From Bryobacterales bacterium (GTDB taxonomy: Bacteria > Acidobacteriota > Terriglobia > Bryobacterales > UBA6623), in assembly GCA_963422375.2 (NCBI GenBank), contig OY729428.2, positions 2,304,001 through 2,368,000 of the forward strand: a DNA stretch of 64,000 bases. The letters are read 5' to 3'. Below the pieces are notes generated by a model. The model had not been told where the DNA came from and did not search any database. It saw nothing but the letters and a program-made list of their open reading frames with translations. Below, in pieces: positions 40,510 through 51,352 of the stretch. The stretch's first letter is position 1; every line of letters begins with the position of its first letter. The position numbers and the translations under genes are program-made.

Positions 40510-41877
40510 TCACTGGACCCGGGAGGATCCTCCGCTCGGGGGGCAATGCCCGACCGTGCGGGAGCCCGCGACGCGGTCGATCGTCACGTCAACCAATGCT
40601 CCGGGCCGGGCCGGGCAGCCGGGTACGTCGATTTCGACGAAGTTGTCGCTCAGCGCGCGCGCTCCCCCGCCGGCCGATGCCAAGGCGACAGACGAGACAC
40701 TGGTGCCGACCAAGCTGCGCCGGAAGGCGGCGTTCTTGCGGTCCGCGAGGTCCCGGAGAAGACGGCTGCGCTCGCGCTTGACGGCCTTCGGCACCTGCCC
40801 TCCGAGTCCGGCCGCTTCCGTGCCTTCCCGAGACGAATACGCGAACACGTGCAAGTAGGTGAAGGGCATCCTCTCGACGAACGCCGCGGTCTCTTGGAAG
40901 TCGGCCCTCCCCTCGCCCGGGAATCCGACCATCACGTCGGCTCCGATTGCCGCCGCGGGCATGGCCGCCCTAGCTGCCAGCAAGCGGCTCTCGTAGTGAC
41001 GGACCCGGTAGCGACGGCGCATGCGGCGCAGGATCGCGTCGCACCCCGACTGCAGAGGCATGTGGACGTGCCGGGCGATGCGGGGCGACGAGGCCATCAG
41101 CTGGATCAGGCGGTCGCTCCAGTCCATGGGTTCCACCGAGCTGAGCCGGACCCGGCGCACCGAGGTCTCCGCGAGAAGGGTCTCGAGCAGGTCCGCCAGG
41201 CGCGGGCGGCCGTCAAGATCCCGGCCCCAGCGCCCGAGGTTGATGCCCGTCAGCACGACTTCGGAGTAGTCGCCCTGCAATCGCCTCACCTCCCGGATCA
41301 CGGCGTCCGCCTCGGCACTGCGGCCCCTGCCGCGGACTGACGGAATGACGCAGAACGAGCACCGGTTGTCGCAGCCGTCCTGGACCTTCACGTTCGGGCG
41401 GCTGCGTCCGTATGCCACGCCAGCAGGCACGGCCGCCACGCCGGCGCGGCGGCCGATCTCGCCTACGAGGGTGCCGCCCGACTCGATCCCGCCGTGATAC
41501 GAGAGCGACGCCGTGCCGGCGCCGCCGATGTTCACCAGGGGCGGGGCGACGACCTCCCCGATCTCGTGCTTGTGGGAGTTCCCGACGACCCACTTCACGC
41601 CATCCAGCGCCGCCAGATCGGCGGGTTTCCGCTGGGCGTAGCACCCGGTGACGAGAATGTCCGCTGCGGGATTCTCGCGTCGAGCGCGGCGAATCGCCTG
41701 GCGCGCGTCCCGGTCGGCCTCGTTCGTAACCGTGCAGGCGTTGATGACGACGAGGTCGGCGGTGCCCTGTTCCGAGGCCGGCAGGAGCCCTCGCACCGCC
41801 AAGTCCGCGGCGATGCCCGCTCCGTCGGCCTGGGCCGCGCGGCAGCCGAAGTTCTTCATGGCGAATGAGCGCGGCAC
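40510..41877 (-). CDS. mtaB: tRNA t6A37 methylthiotransferase (radical SAM)
   Basis: FGC, INACTVT.EAD, VTGCYAQ, KVQDGCDNRCSFC, PLQSG.D.IL, HVFAYS.R.GT. GTG start after GGAGG. Confidence 0.92.
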   Translation of the reverse strand: MPRSFAMKNFGCRAAQADGAGIAADLAVRGLLPASEQGTADLVVINACTVTNEADRDARQAIRRARRENPAADILVTGCYAQRKPADLAALDGVKWVVGNSHKHEIGEVVAPPLVNIGGAGTASLSYHGGIESGGTLVGEIGRRAGVAAVPAGVAYGRSRPNVKVQDGCDNRCSFCVIPSVRGRGRSAEADAVIREVRRLQGDYSEVVLTGINLGRWGRDLDGRPRLADLLETLLAETSVRRVRLSSVEPMDWSDRLIQLMASSPRIARHVHMPLQSGCDAILRRMRRRYRVRHYESRLLAARAAMPAAAIGADVMVGFPGEGRADFQETAAFVERMPFTYLHVFAYSSREGTEAAGLGGQVPKAVKRERSRLLRDLADRKNAAFRRSLVGTSVSSVALASAGGGARALSDNFVEIDVPGCPARPGALVDVTIDRVAGSRTVGHCPPSGGSSRVQ

Positions 41878-42191
41878 GGCTACCTCCATTGAAGCAGGAA
41901 CGAAGGCCTGGACCGGGACGGTGGGGGGACGCCAGCGTGTCCGCTGCCATAATGGGCTGGCAAGGCGCTGCACCCGACTCGGCGCTGGTGCCCGAGTCGA
42001 TCGCGTCCGTGCATCCGCTGAAGGGACGTCGACCAAGGCAGCGGCAGCTCCGCTCCGCGAGGCATCATGCGGGGCTGAGCGCCCAGCGATCACCGGATTC
42101 AGGCCGGGGGCGAGGCATTCGGGACCGCGGCGATCAAGCCGTCGGATATCGCTGCAAGGCGTTCGGGGCGGCCGGTCCCGAGGAGGGTTTT

Positions 42192-43205
42192 CTGAAAGTA
42201 CTAGTAACGGGAGTGGCTGGATTCATCGGCTTTCACACAGCGGCCGCATTGCTGGAACGAGGCGACGAAGTCGTCGGTATCGACAACCTTAACGACTATT
42301 ACGACGTTTCGCTTAAGGTCGACCGCCTCAACCTATTGCATTCAAACGATCGGTTTGCCTTCCTGAGGCTGGATCTATGCGACTCCGACGGAATGACTGC
42401 GCTCTTCTCCAAGGAATCCTTCCAGAGAGTGGTGCATCTAGCGGCGCAGGCAGGAGTTCGATACAGCATCGACCGGCCGCAAACCTATATCGACAGCAAT
42501 GTCGTCGGAATGCTAGCCGTTCTCGAGGGATGCCGGCACCACGGCACGGAGCATTTGGTGTTCGCCTCCAGCAGTTCGGTCTACGGCTCGAACGCCACTC
42601 TTCCCTTCTCCGCCCGTCACGGTGCCGACCATCCGCTGTCCCTGTACGCGGCAACCAAGAGATCCGGCGAACTGCTGGCGCATTCGTACGCGAGCATGCA
42701 CTCCCTGCCCGTGACGGGACTGCGCTTCTTTTCAGTCTACGGGCCGTTCGGCCGTCCAGACTCGGTATTCTTCAAGTTCACGAAGCGGATTCTGGCCGGC
42801 GAGACGGTCGACCTTTATCACTTCGGCCGTCACCGACGCGACTTCACCTACATCGACGACGTGGTGCAGGGGGTTCTCGGGGTCCTAGACCAAGCGCCGA
42901 GGCCTGATCCCGGCTGGAGCGCCAGCACCCCCGATCCTGCCGCGAGCCACGCCCCGTTCAAGATCTACAACGTCGGCAACCAGGAACCCGTCGAGGTGCT
43001 GCGACTGGTCGAAATCATCGAGGGACTGTTGGGAAGGAAGGCCATGCGGAACCTGGTGCCGATAATGATTGGGGATGTCGCGGACTCCTGGTCGGACACG
43101 CGGGACCTGACAACCGCTCTCGGCGGGATCGCAAGCACGTCCATCGAGGACGGCACGCGGATGTTCCTAGAGTGGTACTTGGACTACTACAAGATCACGC
43201 CGTGA
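42192..43205 (+). CDS. NAD-dependent epimerase (UDP-glucuronate 4-epimerase-like)
   Basis: VLVTGVAGFIG, DNLNDYYD, HLAAQAGVRYS, YAATK, RDFTYIDD. Probable CTG start. Confidence 0.92.
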   Translation: MKVLVTGVAGFIGFHTAAALLERGDEVVGIDNLNDYYDVSLKVDRLNLLHSNDRFAFLRLDLCDSDGMTALFSKESFQRVVHLAAQAGVRYSIDRPQTYIDSNVVGMLAVLEGCRHHGTEHLVFASSSSVYGSNATLPFSARHGADHPLSLYAATKRSGELLAHSYASMHSLPVTGLRFFSVYGPFGRPDSVFFKFTKRILAGETVDLYHFGRHRRDFTYIDDVVQGVLGVLDQAPRPDPGWSASTPDPAASHAPFKIYNVGNQEPVEVLRLVEIIEGLLGRKAMRNLVPIMIGDVADSWSDTRDLTTALGGIASTSIEDGTRMFLEWYLDYYKITP

Positions 43206-43317
43206 GCCGAAGCCCCGCCCAGGCGGAAGCCGGCGCATCCCTGCCCCAGGCAGCCGGCTCGGCATGCGAGCGCCTAGCCCGGCGCCAAGGTCGGGACGGG
43301 TCGCGGCCCCGGCGGCG

Positions 43318-44535
43318 CTAGAGGCGGACCCGGGCCCACTTCTTGCCGAACTTCAGGACCAGCTCCGTCACGCCAGGCGACACTTGGTAGCTCATCTCCT
43401 TGTGCTTGACGCCGTTGACACTGACCGCGTTCTCCCGGAGCTTGCGGTTCGCCTCCCCTCCCGACTTCGCCAGCCCGGCGACCCGGAGAAGCTTGTCGAT
43501 GCGAATCGTGGGCTGGTCGCGCATCTCGGGAGGGATGTCCAATTCGGGCATCTCGGGCGGGACCTCCTTGTTCTGGACCACGCGGCGGAAGATCTCGCCG
43601 CCGCGCCGTGACTCGCTCGCTCCGTGGAAGTCAGTCACGATCCGCTCCGCCAGGGAATGCTTCAGGTTCATCGGATGGACCGCCTCTTCGGCCGCTTGGA
43701 GCTTCAACTCGGCGATCTCGCTCTTCGGCACGTCCGTGAGCAGCTCGTAGTACCGCCACATCAGCTTGTCCGAGACCTGCATTACCTTGCGGTACATGAT
43801 CTCGGGCGGCTCGCAGATGCCGATGAAGTTGCCAAGCGACTTCGACATTTTCTGGGCGCCGTCCAAGCCCTCGAGAATCGGCATCGTCGCGACGACCTGG
43901 CGCGGCTGGCCCCGGCTGGCCTGCAGTTCCCTGCCGAGTAGGAGGTTGAACTTCTGGTCCGTCCCGCCAAGCTCCACGTCGGCTCGCAGGGCCACCGAGT
44001 CCCGGGCCTGCGTCAGGGGATAGAGCAGCTCGTGCAGGCGGATGGGCCGGCCCTGCTTGTAGCGCCGGGAGAAGTCCTCTCGCTCGAGCAGCTGCGCGAT
44101 GGTGGCCTCGGCGCACAGCCGGATCATGCCGAGGGTCCCGAGCTCGAGCAGCCACTCCCCGTTGAAGCGGACCTCGGTCCTGTCCCGGTCTAGGATCCGG
44201 AACACCTGCTTCTTGTAGGTCTCGGCGTTTTCGCGAATCTGATCTCGGGTCATGGGCGGCCGCGTGGTGTTGCGCCCTGTCGGGTCGCCGATCAGTCCCG
44301 TGACGTCGCCGATCAGGAAGATCGCCGTGTGCCCGAGGTCCTGGAAGTGCCTCATCTTGCGCAGTAGGACCGTGTGGCCGAGATGGAGGTCCGGGGCGGT
44401 CGGGTCGAAGCCGGCCTTGACACGCAGGGGCCGCCCTTCCCGGGCGCACTGCACCAAGCGCTGGCGAAGCTCCCCCTCCGAGATGATCTCCGCGCAACCC
44501 TTGCGCAGGTACTCGAGTTGCTGGTCGACCGTCAC
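43318..44535 (-). CDS. tyrS: Tyrosine--tRNA ligase
   Basis: GFDPTAPDLHLGH, GGTDQKFN, KMSKS, C-terminal S4 domain. Confidence 0.98.
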   Translation of the reverse strand: MTVDQQLEYLRKGCAEIISEGELRQRLVQCAREGRPLRVKAGFDPTAPDLHLGHTVLLRKMRHFQDLGHTAIFLIGDVTGLIGDPTGRNTTRPPMTRDQIRENAETYKKQVFRILDRDRTEVRFNGEWLLELGTLGMIRLCAEATIAQLLEREDFSRRYKQGRPIRLHELLYPLTQARDSVALRADVELGGTDQKFNLLLGRELQASRGQPRQVVATMPILEGLDGAQKMSKSLGNFIGICEPPEIMYRKVMQVSDKLMWRYYELLTDVPKSEIAELKLQAAEEAVHPMNLKHSLAERIVTDFHGASESRRGGEIFRRVVQNKEVPPEMPELDIPPEMRDQPTIRIDKLLRVAGLAKSGGEANRKLRENAVSVNGVKHKEMSYQVSPGVTELVLKFGKKWARVRL

Positions 44536-45134
44536 TTCGTGCGCAAGACCCGGCGCCCGTCGATGCGGTAGCGCCCGCTCAGAACCAAGGCGATTGCCTC
44601 GGTGTAGATCCGGTGCTCCTGCTCGAGGATGCGAGCCGACAATGTGTCTTCGTCGTCCGCATCCAGCACCGGCACGACAGCTTGCTCAATGACCGGGCCT
44701 GCATCGAGACGCTCGTCAACGAAATGCACTGTGCAGCCCGTGTACCTCACCCCGTGCTCCAAAGCCTGGGCCTGGCCCTCCAGTCCAGGGAAGGAGGGCA
44801 GCAGAGATGGATGGATGTTCAGAATTCGCTGCGGGTACGTTTCGACGAAGTAGGCGCTCAGCAGGCGCATGAAGCCGGCGAGGCAGACCAAATCGACTCG
44901 CTCTCGGCGCAGCCGGTCCACGACCAAGCGGTCGTAGGCCTCCCGCTCCATCCTGCGCGAGGGAATGCACACGTTCTCCAACCCGCGCTCACCGGCCCGC
45001 CGCAAACCAAGAGCCCTGGGGTTGTTGCTGATGACGACGGCGATCTCCGCATCGAGCCGCCCCGCGTCGATGCTGTCGGCGATCGCTTCAAAGTTCGACC
45101 CCCGCCCCGAGATCAGAATCCCAAGCCGATTCAT
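44532..45134 (-). CDS. purN: Phosphoribosylglycinamide formyltransferase
   Basis: ISGRGSN, LAGFMR, NIHPSLLP, GCTVHFV...D.GP. Confidence 0.98.
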   Translation of the reverse strand: MNRLGILISGRGSNFEAIADSIDAGRLDAEIAVVISNNPRALGLRRAGERGLENVCIPSRRMEREAYDRLVVDRLRRERVDLVCLAGFMRLLSAYFVETYPQRILNIHPSLLPSFPGLEGQAQALEHGVRYTGCTVHFVDERLDAGPVIEQAVVPVLDADDEDTLSARILEQEHRIYTEAIALVLSGRYRIDGRRVLRTK

Positions 45135-46171
45135 GGGCCGTAAACCACTTCCCTGTCGCCGGACTCCACGACGCCCACCTCGTAGGCCTGGATTTCGGTC
45201 GCGCGCAGCACGTCCAGCGCTAGTCCGACCGTACCGGGCGGCACGCAGGCCACCATGCCGATCCCCATGTTGAATGTCCGCAGCATCTCGGAGTCCTCAA
45301 TCCCGCCAAGCTCCTGCAGCAATCCGAAAACGGCGGGGACGGGCCACCGACCCGTCCAGATTCGAGCCCGCAGGCCGTTGGGCAGCATGCGGTGAGCGTT
45401 GCCCGGAATCCCGCCGCCGGTGATGTGAGCGGCCGCCTGCAGCAGTCCGCGGACTTTCAGCGCTCGCAGAGGCTGCAGATAGCTGCGATGCACCTTGAGG
45501 AGCTCCTCCCCAACGGTGCATTCGAGTTCGGGCCGCCAATCGTCCACCTGCATGCCCGCCACGTCGAAGAGGACCTTGCGGGCCAAGGAGTAACCGTTGG
45601 TGTGCAGTCCAGTCGAGGCGATCCCGATGAGATGGCTGCCACCGGTGACGCCCGCGCCGACCATCAGGTCGTCTCGGTCGGCAATTCCGACGATGAACCC
45701 AGCGAGGTCGTACTCGCCGTCCTTGTAGATGCCGGGCATCTCGGCGGTCTCCCCGCCCACCAGCGATACGCCGTTGTCCGAGCACGCAACGCTGACACCG
45801 CGAACCACGCTTTCCACAACGCCCGGCACCAAGCGGCCAGTCGAGAAGTAGTCGAGGAAGAACAGAGGCGTAGCGCCCTGCACGGCGATATCGTTCACGC
45901 AGTGGTTCACGAGGCACTGGCCCACCGTGTCGTGCCTGTTCGCGGCGAATGCGACCTTGAGCTTCGTTCCGACGCCGTCGGCCGAGCTCACGAGCACGGG
46001 ATTCGACACGTTCGCGCCTTCCAAGGAGTACGCGGCTCCGAACGATCCGATGCCGGTCAGGACGTTGGCGTCGAAGGTCCTGCGCGCCAGTTCCTTGATC
46101 CGGTCGGTGGCCCGCTCAGCACTATCGATGTCCACGCCCGCCTCGGCGTACGTCAGGGGGCTTCGCGCCAT
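45131..46171 (-). CDS. purM: Phosphoribosylformylglycinamidine cyclo-ligase
   Basis: Y..AGVDI, DGVGTK, GGETAEMPG, GLHTNGYSL, HITGGG, RTFNMGIG. Confidence 0.98.
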   Translation of the reverse strand: MARSPLTYAEAGVDIDSAERATDRIKELARRTFDANVLTGIGSFGAAYSLEGANVSNPVLVSSADGVGTKLKVAFAANRHDTVGQCLVNHCVNDIAVQGATPLFFLDYFSTGRLVPGVVESVVRGVSVACSDNGVSLVGGETAEMPGIYKDGEYDLAGFIVGIADRDDLMVGAGVTGGSHLIGIASTGLHTNGYSLARKVLFDVAGMQVDDWRPELECTVGEELLKVHRSYLQPLRALKVRGLLQAAAHITGGGIPGNAHRMLPNGLRARIWTGRWPVPAVFGLLQELGGIEDSEMLRTFNMGIGMVACVPPGTVGLALDVLRATEIQAYEVGVVESGDREVVYGP

Positions 46172-46998
46172 CGTCTGAATCCATTATCGCAACGGGCTTC
46201 GCCGCCCGGCGACGTCACTGGCAGGCGGGTGCGCGCGACCGGCCTGCAGTTGGGGCGGGAGCGTCCAGCAACGCCACTCGGCCAGTCCGAGCGGCCTTGA
46301 GCTACCAGGTACTGGACGCGCAGATTCAGCCCCAAGTGACCGCTGGCATGAAAAGTCGAGGATTGCAACGACAGGACTGGTCCGGATGGTTTCCGCGTGA
46401 CGACGATTCCTTGTAGGGATGCTTTGGCGTGGACCTGCGGACCGGATCCAGGATTCTCTCGGCCACCGAATGCGTAGATCACCTGCACCGACCTGGGAGC
46501 CCCTAGAGCCGCCCGCACGTATGCTCGCTCGGGCAGGCGGCCCGCGCTCCGGAACAGCTAGGATGCACGGGAAAGCGTCGGCAGCCTAGGCTTGCAAGCG
46601 TTGCGCTGCAGCCGGTCGAAACCCGTCCGCGCCACCATGGCGCGCCCCTCGTCTACGACGTTGCGCGTTCGTCTGCGGTCATGACGCATTTTCGGGGCGA
46701 TGCCTTCCCCGCCAGAACACCGATACAGGAGCCCCTCCGCATGCGTGGAGTCCACCAACCCCGATGGATCATGAATCAACAGGACCTAGCTGCGGGGTAT
46801 CGAGACAAGGCACAGCTACGGCCCGGAGCCTCCCGGGAAGTGCAAGCGGGCGCGTCGCGGCCCTGCCTGCCTCCCTCCACCGAGGTAGCCGAGCATCCGA
46901 ACTGGTCCGCGGTCGCAGGCTACGGCCCGGCACCCCGTCATGCGGGCGCAGGGCGGGCTTGATTCTTCCCTTTAGACTACGGAATACGGGAAACGCCA

Positions 46999-49101
46999 GT
47001 GACTGTCGAAACGAGACTTCGGCTCAGCATTCTGCCAGTGGCCTTGGCCCTCCTTGCAGCGGGTGCAAGTGCGCACGACGAGCCCATCGCCGTTTATTCG
47101 GCGGCAAGCTTGGACAGCGACCGGCCCGTGGCGCCACGCTCGATCGCCATCGTCGAAGGCGATTTCGGGGATCGCCTGGCGATGGCGCCGAACGGCGTGC
47201 CGACGGTCGAGCTTGACTCGGTCCGCGTGCGAATCTCCGGATCGGACGGCGTCGAGCAGGACGCTGCCATCTTCGCGGTCAATCCCCAGCATGTCCGCAT
47301 CCTCGTGCCGAGCCTGCCGGCAGGCACGGCTCACATCGAGGTAAGGCGCGCCGCCGAGGTGATCGCCGACGGCACGTTTCGAGTGCAATCCGTCAGCCCT
47401 GGGCTGTTCTCGGCAGCGGGCAGCGGCGGCGGTTTCGCGGACGCCATGGCCGTTCGCGTCAACATGGCAACGGGCGCACGGAGCGTCGAGGCCGTTGCCT
47501 ACCTGAATGACCGGACAGGAGCCTACGAGCCGGTTCCGCTCAATCCGGCCGCGGACGACGTCGTCCTGTTCCTGAAGCTTCGCGGAACCGGGATCCGCAA
47601 CGCCTCCAAGGTGTCTGTGACGATCGCGGGGGTCTCCGTACCGGCAAACTGCCGGCACCCCGGCGACGCGCCCGCCGGAATCGACGAAGTCAGCGTCGGC
47701 CCGCTTCCTGTGCAGCTCGCCCACCGCGAAGTCGCCGAGGTCGTCCTGACGGCAGACGAAATCACGTCGAATGCCGTCCGGGTCGCCTTCTCGCCAAGCA
47801 CCGGCGAAGCAATCACGTTCTCGAACCAGATCTCGCGGCTGTTTCAAGAGCACTGCCAGGAATGCCACCGGCCGGGCGAGGTCGCGCCGTTCCCGCTGAT
47901 CGAGTACCAAGACGCAATGTCGCGGGCTACCAGCATAGTCAGTGCAGCCGAGAGTAGATCTATGCCCCCGTGGAAGCCTGTCCCGGGGCACGGCAAATTT
48001 CTGAACGAGCGACGCTTAAGCGAAGAGGAGATCAAGCTGCTGCGACTGTGGGTGGACGCGGGCGCCCCGGAGGGCAACCCAGCGGACCTGCCAGCCCCTC
48101 GCGAGTTCAGCAACGATTGGTCGCTGGGCGAGCCGGACGTCATCCTAGAAGCCCCTACGTACTCCCCCGACCCAAACGCGAACGACGATTACCGCTGCTT
48201 CAGCGTTCAACTCCCGGAGAGCATCACCGAAAGCAAGAGCATCACCAAGATCGAAGTCCAGCCGGGAAACCGCAGGATTGTTCACCACGTGATTCTGTAC
48301 GGCGACCCCATTGGGGAATCGGCAGCGCTCCAAGCATCGACCAGCGACGGGAAACCCGGATACCGATGCTTCGGCAGCGGCGGCATATCGCTGAGCGGGT
48401 TCACCCTCGGAGTGGAGTCGTATCTCATGGGCGGCTGGGCACCGGGGACGCGCCCGATGGTGCTTCCAGAGGACACCGGGCTTTACGTCCGGCGAGGCGC
48501 GCGCTTCGCGCTCCAAGTCCACTATCACCCCGACGGCAAGCCGGAATCGGACAGCACTCGGATCGGTCTGCATTTCGCCGACCGGAGAACTTCGCAGAAC
48601 GCCTCCGTCATCCCGGTGATCAACACGCGATTCGTGATACCTCCGGGCGAACCGCGCCACGAGGTTACGGCATCGCTCGATCTGGAGGGATTCGCCGGCG
48701 ACTTGGTTCCAGCCGCCTTTCTCCCGGCTATTGAAGCAAGCGGAATCTTCCCGGTGGATATTATCAATGTCCTCCCGCACATGCACAAGCTGGGCCAGGA
48801 GATCCGGATGGACAAGATCTCCTCGGACGGAACGAGGACGCCCATGGTCTATATCGACGACTGGGATTTCAACTGGCAAGACTTCTACTATTACGTCGAG
48901 CCTGTCAAGTTCAACATAGGGGATCGTCTCGAAGTATCTGCGATCTACGACAACTCGACATCCAATCCGAACAATCCCAATAATCCGCCGAGATCTGTCG
49001 GTTGGGGCAATGGCTCTGACGACGAGATGTGCATCGTTTTCTTCACAGTGGTGCTACCCGATCTCTGCCGATTTCCGTTGGGCCTCTGCAACAGCCATTG
49101 A
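46999..49101 (+). CDS. Secreted fusion: TIGR03437-like domain + c-type heme + copper type II (PHM/DBH-like) monooxygenase
   Basis: Signal peptide, SPGLFSA.GSG.G and L.GTGIR, CQECH...MPPW, IVHHVI, QVHYH, PHMH, W.FNWQ, DEMC. Confidence 0.85.
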   Translation: MTVETRLRLSILPVALALLAAGASAHDEPIAVYSAASLDSDRPVAPRSIAIVEGDFGDRLAMAPNGVPTVELDSVRVRISGSDGVEQDAAIFAVNPQHVRILVPSLPAGTAHIEVRRAAEVIADGTFRVQSVSPGLFSAAGSGGGFADAMAVRVNMATGARSVEAVAYLNDRTGAYEPVPLNPAADDVVLFLKLRGTGIRNASKVSVTIAGVSVPANCRHPGDAPAGIDEVSVGPLPVQLAHREVAEVVLTADEITSNAVRVAFSPSTGEAITFSNQISRLFQEHCQECHRPGEVAPFPLIEYQDAMSRATSIVSAAESRSMPPWKPVPGHGKFLNERRLSEEEIKLLRLWVDAGAPEGNPADLPAPREFSNDWSLGEPDVILEAPTYSPDPNANDDYRCFSVQLPESITESKSITKIEVQPGNRRIVHHVILYGDPIGESAALQASTSDGKPGYRCFGSGGISLSGFTLGVESYLMGGWAPGTRPMVLPEDTGLYVRRGARFALQVHYHPDGKPESDSTRIGLHFADRRTSQNASVIPVINTRFVIPPGEPRHEVTASLDLEGFAGDLVPAAFLPAIEASGIFPVDIINVLPHMHKLGQEIRMDKISSDGTRTPMVYIDDWDFNWQDFYYYVEPVKFNIGDRLEVSAIYDNSTSNPNNPNNPPRSVGWGNGSDDEMCIVFFTVVLPDLCRFPLGLCNSH

Positions 49102-49717
49102 CCTCTCGCGCACGGATCGCTCACGACGGCTCCCGGAACTGATCTCGGGCCGCATAGAATCAATTGAGCGGGATAGATCGGTTCCATCTGCTACTTGGCG
49201 AGAGTGCCTAGTCATTCACCAAGATGCCAGCACCCTCGTGCGCGGTCGGGCGTGCGGCCAGCGAGCAGAATCCAAGAGAGCGAAAGCCGGCCGGTTCTCC
49301 AGCATGTGCCGAACGGCGACGGCAGGCCGAATCGCCCAGTGCATCGCTCGAGTGCCAAACAATCCGCTCGTCAGTCCGGGGAGGGGCATTGCCAGCACAT
49401 CACGTAGAAGGACTCCACTAGTCCGGATGATTCGCGGCTGAAGTCCGACTGGAGGAATCCGGTTTCAGCAGGTCGGAATTGAGGCTCGACGCACATGGAT
49501 AGCCGGATTCAGGGCTTCCGCTGGTCGGTTCTGCCTGCACGGACGTCCGGCCCGGCGTTCCGCGGCCGAAATGCGAACGAGCGCCCGATTCGATGGCTCG
49601 ATGAGTCCTTCGGGCTAGGAGCGGCACATCTGCGGGCGCGGGCGCCTCCGCCGCAGCGGAATGGTCGCCTGCTGGCGGCGTCGCCCGACACGAGAATTGA
49701 CGGCGAGCGGCAGCCGC

Positions 49718-50337
49718 TCAATCATCAGCGTCCTCCAGCGGTAGCAACTGCGCCGCCATCCACTGGGGAGGGTCTGCGTCGAATTCCCGTACCGGCCCGG
49801 AACTGGCGGGCCGAGCCTCGATGTGCAGAACTGCCGATTGCAGCCTCCTCAATTTCCATTCGTGCTCGGCTTGACGCCTCTGAATCGGCTCGATCTGCAT
49901 CAGTCCGCCGGTGAGCGTGGCCAGTAGTTCTCCGTTGCGAGCGGCTTGCTCCGAGAGATTGCGGTGGTCCTCCCGCTGCCTCGTCGCGAGCTTCTCGACG
50001 GCCCCGTCCCGCTGCCTCGAGAGCTGCTCGAAAGCCTCCTGCTGCCCCGCCGCAAGAGCGCCGTAGCCGCCCGTCAGCCGCTCCGAGAGCCTGCGGAGGT
50101 GAACCTCCTGCCGCTCCAACAACTCGTCGAAGGCCCCAGCTGCAGCTGGATTGCCTCATAGCCTTGCACCACCTGGACAGCTAGGGTGCTTTGGCCCGCT
50201 GGTACCCGCCGAATGACATTCCGGACCCTGCCGACCCCGTCCGACAGCTCTTGGACGGCACTCGCGCGCTTGCGGGATCCCTCGCGATACTCTCCCGAGC
50301 GAAACGCGAACCTCAGAGTCGCCCAATTTATTATCAA
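49718..50337 (-). pseudogene. Coiled-coil hypothetical protein, frameshifted near 50130
   Basis: Two overlapping ORFs with Q/E/L-rich heptad-like composition. Confidence 0.4.
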
Positions 50338-50464
50338 ATCTATGACGTTGTCCCCGAAACACCGACGGACACTGCTGTTGCTATTTGAGCGACATCCACT
50401 GTCTAGACCAGAGCATGGGCGCTACTCACGCGCATCAGTCTGCCCCCTGCCCTGCCGATATCTA

Positions 50465-50719
50465 GTGCTTGTGACAAAACCCCTGAATTCTGGCCCGATC
50501 AGCATTTCATACTACATCCTGAAGTCGGATGGATCTCCAAACACAACATATAGGGCCCAAGGTCGGAAATTGCTCAGACGCCAATCGCGAAGATTTCGAC
50601 GCTCTATTCAGAATCGCCAGGGTTTCGGATTAGTCGTAGCATTCCAGCGAAATCTTCGCCTTGAGAGATTGGATCTAACGCCTTTGTTGTCAAGGGGATA
50701 CGAGTTTTGTCACGGGCAC
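50465..50719. mobile_element. 255-bp MITE related to the IS at 1-1020
   Basis: TIRs GTGCTTGTGACAAAAC / GTTTTGTCACGGGCAC, flanks TATCTA / GATCTA, AT-rich, no transposase. Confidence 0.8.
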
Positions 50720-50722
50720 GAT

Positions 50723-51352
50723 CTAGTCAATTAGGTTCAGGCCGCCGTCTTCAAGTGTCACGGGTCGCTGCCAGTACCCGAACTGGGGAGTCCAGTCGTC
50801 CCCTCCGTGGCCCGCTAGAGCGAGGAAACTCCAAGCCGAGCAGAACATGTCGCCGGGACCGAACACCACGGCATTCTTCCGCAGGATGGTACCGTCGCTC
50901 TTCTCGTAGAGCACGGCCCCGGGCATATTGTCCTGGCCGGACATGGTGGTCTGCTCGCGGATGTAGCTGCCGGCCTGATGCGAAGCAAGCCGGAACCGCC
51001 AGCCGCGAGCGTTGGCGAACCGTCGCTGGACTTCGGGCGGATCCTTCGAAAGCAGCACGACCGCCATGGCCGACTCCAAGTGATGCAGGAAGCCGTTGAT
51101 GCCGTCGGCCCACAACGTACAGTACCTGCACGCCTGCCCCATGTTGTGTATCGCTAGTAGCTTGTCCTTTCCGGCGAAGAGGTCGGCGAGATGCGTTTCG
51201 CCTTCCAGCGTTTGCAATGGGTAGTTCGGCACCGGGGTGCCCACTGCGGTCCGTCTCAGCTTGTTGAGCTGCTCCGTCAGTTCCGCGACTCGGCGCTCGA
51301 GGTCCGTGATGGTGGACTCGGAATCGGTAGGGCTTGTAGTAGGCTCTGGCAC
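50723..51352 (-). CDS. DUF899 family thioredoxin-like protein
   Basis: V.NY......G...L.DLF.GKD.L..IHNMGQACRYCTLWADG. Confidence 0.85.
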   Translation of the reverse strand: MPEPTTSPTDSESTITDLERRVAELTEQLNKLRRTAVGTPVPNYPLQTLEGETHLADLFAGKDKLLAIHNMGQACRYCTLWADGINGFLHHLESAMAVVLLSKDPPEVQRRFANARGWRFRLASHQAGSYIREQTTMSGQDNMPGAVLYEKSDGTILRKNAVVFGPGDMFCSAWSFLALAGHGGDDWTPQFGYWQRPVTLEDGGLNLID

